NCBI GenBank assembly: GCA_902802355.1
Contig: CADCLU010000002.1
Span: 27,573-91,572 of the forward strand
Direction: 5' to 3'
DNA: 64,000 bases
DNA from: an uncultured Erysipelotrichaceae bacterium
GTDB lineage: Bacteria; Bacillota_I; Bacilli_A; RFN20; CAG-826
Shown: positions 46,891 to 55,697 of the stretch, one piece after another
Numbering within the stretch: position 1 is the first letter of the stretch
How the letters are laid out: every line of letters begins with the position of its first letter
Translations under genes and position numbers: made by a program
Notes under the pieces: generated by a model
The model's input: the letters and a program-made list of their open reading frames with translations, nothing else
Told to the model about the DNA's origin: nothing
Database searches by the model: none

Positions 46891-48555
46891 CTAGATATTG
46901 GCCTCGCTGAGAGCGGAGAGAAAACCGGTGTAGCAAGGTTTCTTCTCGTATTCGCTTGTGAAGAGAAGAGGATACTGGTTCCGTTTCCAGGATTGATCAT
47001 CGGTGACGCCCCAAAGGATGACGGCATTGATGTCGGTCTCTTCAGCAGCGTTATTCTCAAGGACCTTCTTCATGAGGGTCTTGTAGGCTTTGCTCTGGTT
47101 GTCGTATTCACTTTGGCTCGTGCCGTTGATGGTGATATCGATCTCAGTGAGCTGGCACTTCAAGCCTTTCTGTTTGATGAGCTTGGCATCGTTGATGATG
47201 TTGTCCATGTTGGCGTTCGAATCAAGGTGGGTCTGGAGACCTACTCCATCGATAAGACCTTCGGTGATGGCATCAGCAAGGAAGCCATTGAGGGCCCAGT
47301 TACACCAAGTTGGCTGATAGTCGAAGGCGAAGTCGTTGTAATAGAGCTCTTGCCATTCGGCTTTGTATTTGGAGGCGTATTTGAAAGCGTAGTAGACGTA
47401 ATCTTCACCAACGGTTGAATACCAGTTGTTGTTATTGGTTCTGTAACCGCCGTTCTCGACCGCTTCGTTAGCGACGTCGACGGCATAGACGAGCTCAGGC
47501 CATCTCTCATTGATGGTGTCGAGGGTAACTTGGATGAAATTCTCCATTCTCTCAAGCATGAGAGCGCGGTCGGCTTTAGGACCATTCTGGGTGTAGTCGG
47601 TCGTGAAGAACCAGGCTGGGGTTTGGGAATACCAAACGAAGGTGTGATGTCTCACTCCGATGTTATTCTCAGCGGCCCAATCATAGATTCTCTCAAATGG
47701 CTTTGTGGTGATGGCAACCCCTGCTGGATCTTTAGCAAGAAGAGCCTGGCAAGCCTCTTGGTCGAGGATTCGTTCAGGTTTTCCTTCGTTTTCCGCGGTG
47801 ATGGAATTGAAGTTATCGATGGTGATCTTTCTGACTTCGGTGTTTCTCACCATCGTGTCGGACATACAGGTTCCGATTTTGAAATGGTCCTCATATGTCG
47901 TGTAGAGGGATTCGTCATTGGCAACGTATTTGGTCGTCACTGTTTCTTCACCATAGGTGATCTCAATATCATCGAGGAGGATCGTTCCTGCTTTGCTAGC
48001 ATCGGTGAGGGTGTAATTAAGTCTAAGTGAACCGAGCATATCGAGGGTGTCATAGGTCATCTCGATCGCGTTCCATGTGTCCTCTTCGTCAGAGGTAATG
48101 GTGATGGCTTCACCTTTGACGGTTGCGGCACGGCCATTCCACGGGACCGCTTCTAATTGGATGGTCTTGATGTTCGAATTGGCAGGGATGTAGCAATAAA
48201 GGGAAATGATATCGCCGTTCTTGGCGTCTTCGTCTTTGAAGTATGGCTCCTTGATGAGGTCGCTTCCGATATAGCCGTCTTTCGTGAGGCTACATGAAAG
48301 ACAATAAGTGTCATCCATTCCTTCGTCTTCAAGGATCGTGACGGAACCTGAGCCTTCCTGAGCGCCTAAAGGAGCTTTCTCATAGTCCTCTGGCGATGTC
48401 CACATCCTGACGGTGTCGCCAACCTCAAGGGGTTTGCTTTCTTCCGGTTCTTGGCTCTGGTTGGTCGATTTGCGCGGAGTGGTATTGCAACCCGCTAAGG
48501 TCGCAAGGGCAAATAGAGGCATGGTCGCCATCAAAAAAGGAGTCTTTCTTTTCAT
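46891..48555 (-). CDS. lipoprotein endo-1,4-beta-xylanase (GH10) with N-terminal CBM-like domain
   Basis: Lipobox LAGC. GH10 blocks HHTFVWYSQTP, VDVANEAV (acid/base) and LTEIDIT (nucleophile). Confidence 0.8.
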   Translation of the reverse strand: MKRKTPFLMATMPLFALATLAGCNTTPRKSTNQSQEPEESKPLEVGDTVRMWTSPEDYEKAPLGAQEGSGSVTILEDEGMDDTYCLSCSLTKDGYIGSDLIKEPYFKDEDAKNGDIISLYCYIPANSNIKTIQLEAVPWNGRAATVKGEAITITSDEEDTWNAIEMTYDTLDMLGSLRLNYTLTDASKAGTILLDDIEITYGEETVTTKYVANDESLYTTYEDHFKIGTCMSDTMVRNTEVRKITIDNFNSITAENEGKPERILDQEACQALLAKDPAGVAITTKPFERIYDWAAENNIGVRHHTFVWYSQTPAWFFTTDYTQNGPKADRALMLERMENFIQVTLDTINERWPELVYAVDVANEAVENGGYRTNNNNWYSTVGEDYVYYAFKYASKYKAEWQELYYNDFAFDYQPTWCNWALNGFLADAITEGLIDGVGLQTHLDSNANMDNIINDAKLIKQKGLKCQLTEIDITINGTSQSEYDNQSKAYKTLMKKVLENNAAEETDINAVILWGVTDDQSWKRNQYPLLFTSEYEKKPCYTGFLSALSEANI

Positions 48556-48656
48556 AATCTTTCCTCGATTAAGAATATTTTACGGACGAATGTGCGCGAA
48601 AGGAAGAAATAAGCGCATATGAAAGGGTTCACTGAGAGGCTATAATTTCCCTAACA

Positions 48657-49892
48657 ATGAGGAAAATCAAAAGGATTGATGTCCATATGAAGCCGAAGAG
48701 GATTCTTTTCCTCTTCTCTTTCATTATCAGGACCGCAGCCTATTTCGCCAGGAAGAAAGAAAAGGCGACGATCAAGAAGATCGGCAAGATGCCAAAGCCT
48801 CCATATATCCTTTTGTCGAACCACTCCTCCTTCATGGATATCTATCTCGGTCTAGGAGCGACAAGCCCAAGAAGAAGCTACTGGGTTTGCGCGGCAGAGG
48901 AATTCATCGACAAGTATTTCGTCTGCGTCCACTCAGGCATCATGCCAAAAAGAAGGTTCGTGAATGACCCCGCAAGCATCATTCCGATGATGGACGTCCT
49001 CAAAAAGAAGAAAAAGATCCTCGTCATGTATCCTGAGGCCGTCTATTCCTTCGTTGGGAAACCTCTAAGGATCGACGAAGGACTTGGCAAACTCGTCAAA
49101 TACATGAAGGTCCCTGTTGTGTTCCTTAACTGCCATGGATCTTATCTCCGTCAGCCTCAATGGAGCGACCAAGTCGTGAGGAATGTCCCAATCGTTGCGG
49201 AGATGGAATGCGTCATCCCAAAAAGTGAAATTGAGGGGCTTTCTGCTGATGATATTCAGAAAACGATAAGGAATTGCTTCAATTCCGACGAAGAGGAATA
49301 TCAACTACAAAACCACATCAAAATCGATTATCCGAATAGAGCGGAAGGCCTTGAGAGGATCCTTTATCAGTGCCCCCACTGCGGCAAAGAATTCCATATG
49401 TCCTCTAAGGGAGACACTCTCTCCTGTGATGAGTGTGGCACCAAGTATCGTTTGAATGAGGACGGCACTTTGTCTTGCGTTAACGGAGAAACTAAATTCA
49501 CCAAGATCAGTAATTGGTTCGAATGGGAGAAAGCTAACGTCGAGAAAGAAGTCAGAGATGGAACCTATCACTTCGAAGACGATATCAGGATGGAGAAGAT
49601 GGAAGGAGTTAAGGTTGGCTTCGTTCCTCTAGAAGGAGAACACCACCTCACTCATGACATCGATAACGGAATCATCGTCAAAGGGCCAGAGGGCATTGTC
49701 TTCCATCGAGAACCGCTTCAGAGCTTTGGCCTCCATATCGATTACGACTATCACCAAAAAGGCGCGATGGTTGACCTCTCATCCCCTGACGAAACATATT
49801 TTGCCTATCTTCTAAGCAAAGAAAAATGGCTGACCAAAATCAGATTTGCGGTTGAAACAATTTATGACATGAGAAAAGCCAAAAAAAGATAA
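48657..49892 (+). CDS. lysophospholipid acyltransferase-family protein with zinc ribbon and extra C-terminal domain
   Basis: LSNHSSFMD (HxxxxD), VMYPEAVYS, CPHCG...CDECG. Confidence 0.65.
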   Translation: MRKIKRIDVHMKPKRILFLFSFIIRTAAYFARKKEKATIKKIGKMPKPPYILLSNHSSFMDIYLGLGATSPRRSYWVCAAEEFIDKYFVCVHSGIMPKRRFVNDPASIIPMMDVLKKKKKILVMYPEAVYSFVGKPLRIDEGLGKLVKYMKVPVVFLNCHGSYLRQPQWSDQVVRNVPIVAEMECVIPKSEIEGLSADDIQKTIRNCFNSDEEEYQLQNHIKIDYPNRAEGLERILYQCPHCGKEFHMSSKGDTLSCDECGTKYRLNEDGTLSCVNGETKFTKISNWFEWEKANVEKEVRDGTYHFEDDIRMEKMEGVKVGFVPLEGEHHLTHDIDNGIIVKGPEGIVFHREPLQSFGLHIDYDYHQKGAMVDLSSPDETYFAYLLSKEKWLTKIRFAVETIYDMRKAKKR

Positions 49893-49958
49893 CAAATAAA
49901 CGGGAAAGAACTCAAAACGTTGCAAAATAAAAAATTTTTATGAGGTAGTGTTGGTGTT

Positions 49959-50366
49959 TTAAAAGATTATCTCGTATTTTTCGATGAACCATCCATTATT
50001 CCTACCTTTGTAGATTCTTTTGTCGTTCCACATATATTTTGGATTAGACAACAACTTACACTGCATGGAGCGACATCGTTCATAACTCGTCTGTGGATCA
50101 AAGCGATAATGAAAGCACGTCCCGTCAGCATCTAAATACTCGTGATTAAGAATATATAAATATTTCTGTCGTTTCGTAATCGGAATGTCGAATTCCGTTA
50201 TCTCGGTCACCCATCCGTCTGCAAGCCATTTGGAAATGTCTTTCCTTGCGCGGGAAAGTTTGCGTGCGTTGGCCCAAACGGAATCACCAAGACGAATTTC
50301 AATTCTTTCGCCATCTTTTGGGTCGATACCTTCGAATAAAACCTCTTCAAGAAAAAACATTTTCAT
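49959..50366 (-). CDS. hypothetical protein (orphan, AT-rich context)
   Basis: 135-aa ORF flanked by AT-rich non-coding DNA. No recognisable motif. Confidence 0.4.
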   Translation of the reverse strand: MKMFFLEEVLFEGIDPKDGERIEIRLGDSVWANARKLSRARKDISKWLADGWVTEITEFDIPITKRQKYLYILNHEYLDADGTCFHYRFDPQTSYERCRSMQCKLLSNPKYMWNDKRIYKGRNNGWFIEKYEIIF

Positions 50367-50470
50367 ATTAAAAACATAATAGCTTCCTGACTACACAATC
50401 AAAACGATTATCTTCTTTTTCATACCACTTAACTGAACTCTAAAAAGAAGGAAAACCGCAACACCTTTCT

Positions 50471-50498
50471 AAAAGAAAAGGCCACTTTTCCGTGGCCT
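50471..50498 (-). terminator. rho-independent terminator after serpin-like gene
   Basis: Stem aggccac/gtggcct with a T-rich run on the minus strand. Confidence 0.6.
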
Positions 50499-50504
50499 CT
50501 TTTG

Positions 50505-52148
50505 TTAGACGAGGTAATTAGGGTCGACGATTTCACCAACGATGATAGGAACATCTAGATCGTCATTGCCAACTCTAAGCATTTTGCTTCTCTCAAACAC
50601 ATAAGGGCGATTGACGACAAAGTCGACTTTAGTTTCGTCATACGAAGACATTTCGTCACCGCCCACGATTGTCGCGGAGCAGGAATAGAAACCGTTGTAG
50701 TCAAACCTCATGGTCGAGAACTGCGCGATGTAGGCAAGACCGATCGGGAGTCCCTTGGTGCTTTCGGCAAGACGCGAACCAAATCCGCCGATCTGGGTAA
50801 GGTGTGGGAAGGCCGAGATCAAGTCATCTTGGTGAAGTTGCGAGGCGTTATTCATGAAGAAGTATGGGGCGCTGATGTCGACTTCATATGTATCAGCGGT
50901 CCTCTCTTCCCCGTTCTTTTCATAAGTGACTGTCTTTGGGGAGTAATTGTTGTCCAAGACATCCTCGAGGATGCTGCTAGGCATAGCGGTCTCGTTCTTT
51001 GGCAAGAAGAATGTCATGTTGCTATGCTCAAGAGACATAGTCGCACCGGTGAGATTTTCACCTTCATAGAGATAGCTGTGCTCCTCGGATTGTTTGATGT
51101 AGTCAACCCTCTTGGTTTGTCCATTGCAGGTGTAATTCATCAAATGGGTGCCGCTCAAGTACTGGCTTTCGTAATAGTCTTGGTTTTCGAAAGAATCGAT
51201 GTCGTAGAACACGGACATGATGTTTATCGCAGCAGGATCATCATCAGGAAGCTGGATGTTTGGGACAGGTTTGCCTGGAAGGCCATTCTCAGCGATGTAC
51301 TGCATGGCTTTGTTGCTCGTCAAGGCTTCCATATAGAGCGAGGCATCGAAGGCGTTTTGGAGGTCTCTATAAAGCTCAGCGTCCGTTTCCTGGAGCAAGC
51401 GCACCTTGTCTGGATTGAGCCAGATGGAGTTGAGGTTAAGTCCACCGACATCGTTTTCTGCATGGTCTTTAGTGATCGTTCCGAAACTGGCGACGATTTG
51501 CTTTGTGGCTGTTTTAAGAGCCGCTGCATTGTCCAACTCGACATAGTCGAGAATGTCTTGCAAACCGTTTTGGTCAGAGATGATTCCGGTGATGGCGAGA
51601 GCGATATAAGCGTCAGGGATCGAGATGGCAAGGCTCTCTTCAGAAGAGCCAGCAGGATTATTGACGTCCATCATCAAGGTGACGAATTTCTTCGCAAAAG
51701 CCTTATAGGAATTGTATGTGGTTAAGGACATGTCGTAGATTCCGTCCTTCGTCTGCTGACGGGTTGGGGTGATCAAACGGTTGAGGTCCTCATGGACATA
51801 AGAGCCTTCTTGATATTCGTCGTAGTCCTTTGGGTTGCCTTTGGTAGGAGTTTTGTCCGAGACAGCGGCTGCCGAACCTTGAGGTCCTTCTTTATAATTG
51901 CTGCTGGTCTCCACAGCGGGACCTGCAAAATTTCCTTTGTCCATCATACCGGTAGGGATGAGGATTCCTAAGGCCAAAGAGCAGGTCAAGAGAGCACCGC
52001 CAAGAGGGAGGGCCCATCTTGTCCAGGATGGGAAACTCGTAGGTTTCTTTTCGATTATCTCTTTTTTCTCGTAAGGATTCTTAACTATGGCATCCAGGTT
52101 CTTGTCGATCTGCTGGATTCTTTTCTTCATTCTTTTGTCTAAGCCCAT
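50505..52148 (-). CDS. membrane-anchored anti-sigma-like protein with extracytoplasmic serpin-like domain
   Basis: ~45-aa cytoplasmic N-terminus, one TM (WALPLGGALLTCSLALGILIP), then a ~450-aa domain with serpin-like blocks (LAISIPDAYIALAI, SNMTFFLPK, C-terminal VDFVVNRPYVFE). The start overlaps the sigma-factor stop by 10 nt. Confidence 0.5.
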   Translation of the reverse strand: MGLDKRMKKRIQQIDKNLDAIVKNPYEKKEIIEKKPTSFPSWTRWALPLGGALLTCSLALGILIPTGMMDKGNFAGPAVETSSNYKEGPQGSAAAVSDKTPTKGNPKDYDEYQEGSYVHEDLNRLITPTRQQTKDGIYDMSLTTYNSYKAFAKKFVTLMMDVNNPAGSSEESLAISIPDAYIALAITGIISDQNGLQDILDYVELDNAAALKTATKQIVASFGTITKDHAENDVGGLNLNSIWLNPDKVRLLQETDAELYRDLQNAFDASLYMEALTSNKAMQYIAENGLPGKPVPNIQLPDDDPAAINIMSVFYDIDSFENQDYYESQYLSGTHLMNYTCNGQTKRVDYIKQSEEHSYLYEGENLTGATMSLEHSNMTFFLPKNETAMPSSILEDVLDNNYSPKTVTYEKNGEERTADTYEVDISAPYFFMNNASQLHQDDLISAFPHLTQIGGFGSRLAESTKGLPIGLAYIAQFSTMRFDYNGFYSCSATIVGGDEMSSYDETKVDFVVNRPYVFERSKMLRVGNDDLDVPIIVGEIVDPNYLV

Positions 52149-52642
52149 AATAGCTCCTTTCTTAGTTTCTCTTTCGCAATGCTGTAAATCCTTCTGGCAG
52201 AGGATTCGGGGATGCCGGTCTCCTCGACGATCTCCTCCCAGGAATAGGAATGGATTGCGCGTAGATAGACTATGATTGTCTCCTTGTTGGAAAGGAGGGG
52301 TTCGATCATGTTGAGGACAGGGTTGCTTCTTTCTTCTTCGCCGTATATCTCCTCAATGAGATCGGAGGAAGGGAGAGCTCTGTTCTTCTTCATGAAATCG
52401 ATAGCCTTATTTTTGGCGATCGAACAGAGGAAGGATTTGAGTTTGTTAGGATCTTTTAGTTGATCCTTATGCTCAACCGCCTTAAGGAACGCCTCGCTCA
52501 AAACATCGTCACAGTCGTCTTGGCTTTTGACGTAGGCGGCGATGACGAAATACATGAGATTTTTGTACTCAAGGTATACTTTTTCGATGGCTTCTTGGTT
52601 GCCGGCAATGAAGCCAATCGCCGTACGTTTTGAGATCGGCAT
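52139..52642 (-). CDS. ECF-type sigma-70 family RNA polymerase sigma factor
   Basis: Region 2 (YKNLMYFVIAAYV...DDCDDVLSEAF) and region 4 (SWEEIVEETGIPESSARRIYSIAKEKL). GGAGGGGG SD before the ATG at 52642. Confidence 0.8.
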   Translation of the reverse strand: MPISKRTAIGFIAGNQEAIEKVYLEYKNLMYFVIAAYVKSQDDCDDVLSEAFLKAVEHKDQLKDPNKLKSFLCSIAKNKAIDFMKKNRALPSSDLIEEIYGEEERSNPVLNMIEPLLSNKETIIVYLRAIHSYSWEEIVEETGIPESSARRIYSIAKEKLRKELLWA

Positions 52643-52655
52643 TTTTCCCCCTCCA

Positions 52656-52750
52656 CCTATAAGACTTAAAAAGAATGAGAAAACGCTCAAAAAGTTTCTA
52701 AGCATATCAAGGATATGAAAAAGAGGATTGCAAATGCAACCCCTCTCTCA
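52656..52750 (-). repeat. 95-bp leader repeat, copy A (upstream of the sigma factor gene)
   Basis: Identical to 53723-53818 except for one substitution and one 1-nt indel. Contains a small hairpin + T-run and a TTGATA box. Confidence 0.9.
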
Positions 52751-52770
52751 AGCGAAGGACCACCACTTCG

Positions 52771-53706
52771 CTAATCGTAAAGGACTTCGTAATCAGGAAG
52801 AGCCTTCCATTCATCGGAGTTTTGAATGGTGTCCCTGATTTCGAAGACGAGTTCCAAAAATCTCTTTCCACTCCAGGTTAATCCTTCAGGATAACCTTCG
52901 ATGATTGGACAATCCCTCGCTTCAATAGTTTTGTCATCGATCGTCAGCTTGTAATTTGTCTTTGGGTTGGTTGAAATCATGACGCCTTCATATGGATCAT
53001 AAGTGCTTGGATATCGATAAAGCGCGAACATTTTTACTTTTTCGTAGAGGCTCTCAATATTTGGGTACTCGAAAGTGGTCACGTATTCCTCAGGGCTCCT
53101 ATTGATTACCTTGTCCGTCTTGATGAGGGTGCCTGTTTTACTGTCGTAAGAGGAGTCAAAACCAACGCCCCAGGTCAAAGAGAAAGTGAATTTCTCAAGA
53201 GGCACGGCAAGATGGCCATATTGTCTCAATCCAAGCCTCTCGGCTTTATCCGCAGCCGACCTAATTTCTTCCTTGGAAATCTTGCCATTTTCGTAAGCTT
53301 TCTGGATTCCATATGCCCCTTCGCCTTCAACCCAAACGGCTAGGCTATAGGAGCCATCCCACCCATCACATACGTAGATGTCCGCAACATAAAAGCTTTC
53401 AACCGCCTGAGTGAATCCAATACCATCTTTATGGAACCTTACCAATAAGACGTGCGTTTTTTCACGGAAAAGACCTAAGTAACCCCGAATGTAATAACCA
53501 TCAGGATCATTCTTGCTATAGGCCTTGCAGAAAGCTTCGACCTGATCGGCCGTTAGATAATCGCCATAAGCCTCATATTTGCGAGGTCCATTGCTTGATA
53601 TGGCGTTCTCAGATAAATGAGAAGGACCATAGAGCACCGAAGGTGTGCAAGAGGAAAGAATCGCACAGGTGAATAAAGCGGCTAATAGATGTTTCTTGTA
53701 TTTCAT
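52771..53706 (-). CDS. lipoprotein, paralog 1 (unknown family)
   Basis: GAGGAGG SD, signal MKYKKHLLAALFTCAILSSC. Shares FSFSL(T/K)WG...DTIQNSDEWK(A/S)LP with the next gene. Confidence 0.7.
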   Translation of the reverse strand: MKYKKHLLAALFTCAILSSCTPSVLYGPSHLSENAISSNGPRKYEAYGDYLTADQVEAFCKAYSKNDPDGYYIRGYLGLFREKTHVLLVRFHKDGIGFTQAVESFYVADIYVCDGWDGSYSLAVWVEGEGAYGIQKAYENGKISKEEIRSAADKAERLGLRQYGHLAVPLEKFTFSLTWGVGFDSSYDSKTGTLIKTDKVINRSPEEYVTTFEYPNIESLYEKVKMFALYRYPSTYDPYEGVMISTNPKTNYKLTIDDKTIEARDCPIIEGYPEGLTWSGKRFLELVFEIRDTIQNSDEWKALPDYEVLYD

Positions 53707-53722
53707 GGTTTTCGCCTCCTCG

Positions 53723-53818
53723 CCTATAAGACTTAAAAAGAATGAGAAAACGCTCAAAAAATTTCTAAGCATATCAAGGATATGAAAAAGAGGATTGCAA
53801 ATGCAACCCCCTCTCTCA
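53723..53818 (-). repeat. 95-bp leader repeat, copy B (upstream of lipoprotein paralog 1)
   Basis: See copy A. A degenerate, truncated third copy lies at about 54751-54800. Confidence 0.9.
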
Positions 53819-53838
53819 TACAAGTAGCGGACCACACG

Positions 53839-54750
53839 CTACTTGTATCTCGGTGTTTGTTCGGGAAGGGACTTCCATTCATCGGAGTTCTGAATGGTGT
53901 CGATGATCTCGAAAACAAGCGTTAGGAAACTTCTGCCTTTTGGTGTGAGGCCTTCTGGAAGCCTCTCTGTCACAGGGCAATTGGTGGCATTGATGACCTT
54001 ATCCCCTATCTCAAGTCTATATGTGTAAGCGGGATTGGTGCGCTCTAATGTTCCCTCATAAGCGTCGTAATCCGTTGGGTATGAATAGAGATCGAGCTGT
54101 TTGGTTTTCTGATAGAGTTCAGCGATATCCGGATAATCATAGGTCGTTGTGTAATCTTCTTTGGTGAGTTCGCTGGAATGGGGATAGAGATCTTTCACGA
54201 GGACCCCTGTTTTGCTGTTATAGGAATGCTCTGGGCCACAACCCCATTTCAAGGAGAATGAGAAATTCTCAAGGGTCACATCTTCAGACCAACCATGTCT
54301 TAAGTGGCAACGCTCCGCGCCATAGATGATGGACTGGACGTTCTCGTCGTTGATGATGCCTTTGTTGTAGGCGCTCTCTAAGGAATAGGAGCCATCTCCG
54401 TCGACATAGACGTTGACGCTATATGAAGGATCTGGGCAATAGCAGATATAGGTGCCATTCAAGACGACGTCGACGCAGACACAAGGAACGCCCATTCCAA
54501 GACTGCCAACGTCAAACTTAAGCATATCGACGTAGACGTTGTCGAAAACGGCTAATTCGTTTACGAGGTAAACATGGCCGGCATCAAGAGGGCGGCCAAT
54601 CCTATTTGCATAGGTTTTGCAGGCGTTTTCGACCTGTTTGGCATTCATGGAACCAAATGGCGCATATATGCGAACAGGCCCTATATCAGAGATCCCGCAG
54701 GAAGATAAAGCACAAGTTAACAGAGTGAGTAAACCGATTTTGTTTTTCAT
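53839..54750 (-). CDS. lipoprotein, paralog 2 (unknown family)
   Basis: GGAGG SD, signal MKNKIGLLTLLTCALSSC. Colinear similarity to paralog 1. Confidence 0.7.
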   Translation of the reverse strand: MKNKIGLLTLLTCALSSCGISDIGPVRIYAPFGSMNAKQVENACKTYANRIGRPLDAGHVYLVNELAVFDNVYVDMLKFDVGSLGMGVPCVCVDVVLNGTYICYCPDPSYSVNVYVDGDGSYSLESAYNKGIINDENVQSIIYGAERCHLRHGWSEDVTLENFSFSLKWGCGPEHSYNSKTGVLVKDLYPHSSELTKEDYTTTYDYPDIAELYQKTKQLDLYSYPTDYDAYEGTLERTNPAYTYRLEIGDKVINATNCPVTERLPEGLTPKGRSFLTLVFEIIDTIQNSDEWKSLPEQTPRYK

Positions 54751-54775
54751 GGTTTTTGGCCTCCTACCATACAAG

Positions 54776-55042
54776 ACGATTGAGAGAGGAGAAACCGCTA
54801 AAGGTTACGAGAAGAACGAAGCCGGCGAGTGGTACCGTCCAGATTACCGCTGGGGCATTAAAGTCAATGGCGTTGCCTCCGCTCTCAACGAAGCTGAGCA
54901 CAAGAGCCCAGAGTCCGGCGAGACTTCCGAGCAGAGAATGCCAACCGAATTCGCCTTACAGCAAGGCATCAACAAGATTGACCTTTTCACCTATGGTGGA
55001 TATCGTGCCAAGATGACCGCCATGAAGATCATCGGCAAATAA
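54776..55042 (+). pseudogene. possible 3' remnant of a plus-strand gene (no start codon)
   Basis: The open frame ...GYEKNEAGEWYRPDYRWGIKVNG...KIDLFTYGGYRAKMTAMKIIGK ends 20 nt before a strong terminator. No ATG or SD lies at its 5' side, where it runs into the paralog-2 start region. Confidence 0.3.
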
Positions 55043-55061
55043 TCTAGCCAAATCTTGAATT

Positions 55062-55094
55062 AAGAACCTTGAACTTTGTTCAGGGTTCTTTTTT
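55062..55094 (+). terminator. strong rho-independent terminator (plus strand)
   Basis: 13-bp stem aagaaccttgaac/gttcagggttctt, then TTTTTT. Confidence 0.7.
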
Positions 55095-55095
55095 A

Positions 55096-55132
55096 ATGCA
55101 CAAAAAAGACTGACGATTGTGTCAGTCTTAGT
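55096..55132 (-). repeat. 37-bp terminator module, copy 1
   Basis: atgcacaaaaaagactgacgattgtgtcagtcttagt. Hairpin gactgac/gtcagtc + T-run on the minus strand. Near-identical copy at 56779-56816. Confidence 0.85.
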
Positions 55133-55156
55133 TTTGGCTTGTCAAGGTGACTCAGA

Positions 55157-55672
55157 TTAACTCATGCCAATGGAATTTTCTTCTTTCGTCTTGGGGTTAT
55201 TCCTTCTAAGTACCTCGCAAACTAGAGCCTTTAAATAGGCATAGAAACAAAATAGTCCGTTGCCAATTCCAAGAGGAAGCATTATAAACACCGGGTAAAG
55301 CAAAGATACGCCGATTACGCGGATGCCTCCATTTGGCAGATCGATAACCTCAACGTTGAAGTGTGCATTGATGACGGCAATAGCGACAAGCAAGTAGATG
55401 GGAGCGATAAACACGAAAACCAAATAATCGTTCTTCAGAACGCGATTTTTCTTTATCAACAAAAAGAGTAAGACGGTGCAAACTACCATTAAGCCGCAGC
55501 AAAACAAGAAAGCCACTTTAAAGACGTCAATGACAAATCCGAAAAACGAGATGAAAAAGCCCGCGCACAAACCGGAAGAGAACACGAGCAACGTCAAAAG
55601 ATATATCCCTGCTACTGCTGATTTTTTGATACTTAGCAATGATTCTTGTTTTATGAATGTCTTCATGGTCAC
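55157..55672 (-). CDS. small polytopic membrane protein (4-5 TM), unknown function
   Basis: 171 aa, AT-rich codons, 25 nt downstream of the 310-aa gene. Confidence 0.55.
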   Translation of the reverse strand: MTMKTFIKQESLLSIKKSAVAGIYLLTLLVFSSGLCAGFFISFFGFVIDVFKVAFLFCCGLMVVCTVLLFLLIKKNRVLKNDYLVFVFIAPIYLLVAIAVINAHFNVEVIDLPNGGIRVIGVSLLYPVFIMLPLGIGNGLFCFYAYLKALVCEVLRRNNPKTKEENSIGMS

Positions 55673-55697
55673 ATCATGCCTCTATTAGAGAATATAA

